NCBI GenBank assembly: GCA_048013815.1
Contig: CM106586.1
Span: 12,338,001 to 12,402,000, forward strand
Reading direction: 5' to 3'
Length of the DNA: 64,000 bases
Source of the DNA: Setoptus koraiensis
Taxonomy: Eukaryota; Animalia; Arthropoda
The position numbers and the translations under genes were made by a program. Under the pieces are notes generated by a model that ran no database searches, was not told where the DNA came from, and was given only the letters and a program-made list of their open reading frames with translations. Below are positions 63,960 to 64,000 of the stretch, piece by piece (the first letter of the stretch is position 1; the number at the start of each line of letters is the position of its first letter).

Positions 63960-64000
63960 GTGAGTAGCAACCATATACGCTTATTATTATTATTTTTATT

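Overview
Eukaryotic genomic DNA from an arthropod, most likely an acariform mite. That assignment is inference from the small introns, a group-2-allergen/NPC2-like gene, gustatory-receptor-like genes and compact intergenic spacing. The window alternates between GC-richer domains full of CAA/TTG microsatellites and micro-duplications (about 1-14 kb, 18-22.5 kb, 30-40.5 kb, 56-64 kb) and AT-rich, gene-dense islands (22.5-30 kb, 40.6-55.6 kb). The repeat-rich domains hold a long unlisted low-complexity ORF running off the left end, a 1258-aa Prop1/unc-42-type homeobox gene and the first exon of a Ras-family GTPase. They also hold a 3451-bp Ty3/Gypsy-type LTR element (179-bp LTRs, 5-bp TSD CACAG) that has lost gag/PR/RT/RH but carries an integrase core plus an intact extra ORF with RING + TRAF-type zinc finger + ubiquitin-like domains. 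The islands hold an ML/NPC2 gene, a secreted orphan, GR-like genes, a decayed Piwi-clade PIWI-domain relic, Sec61-gamma and a C-terminally short VPS50. They end in a ~11-kb tandem array (cyclophilin B-like x2 plus a remnant, trypsin-like protease x2, TTC5 plus a fragment, a BTB relic). The top leads are the RING/Ubl-carrying retroelement and the Piwi pseudogene. All homology calls are from remembered motifs; no database search was run.
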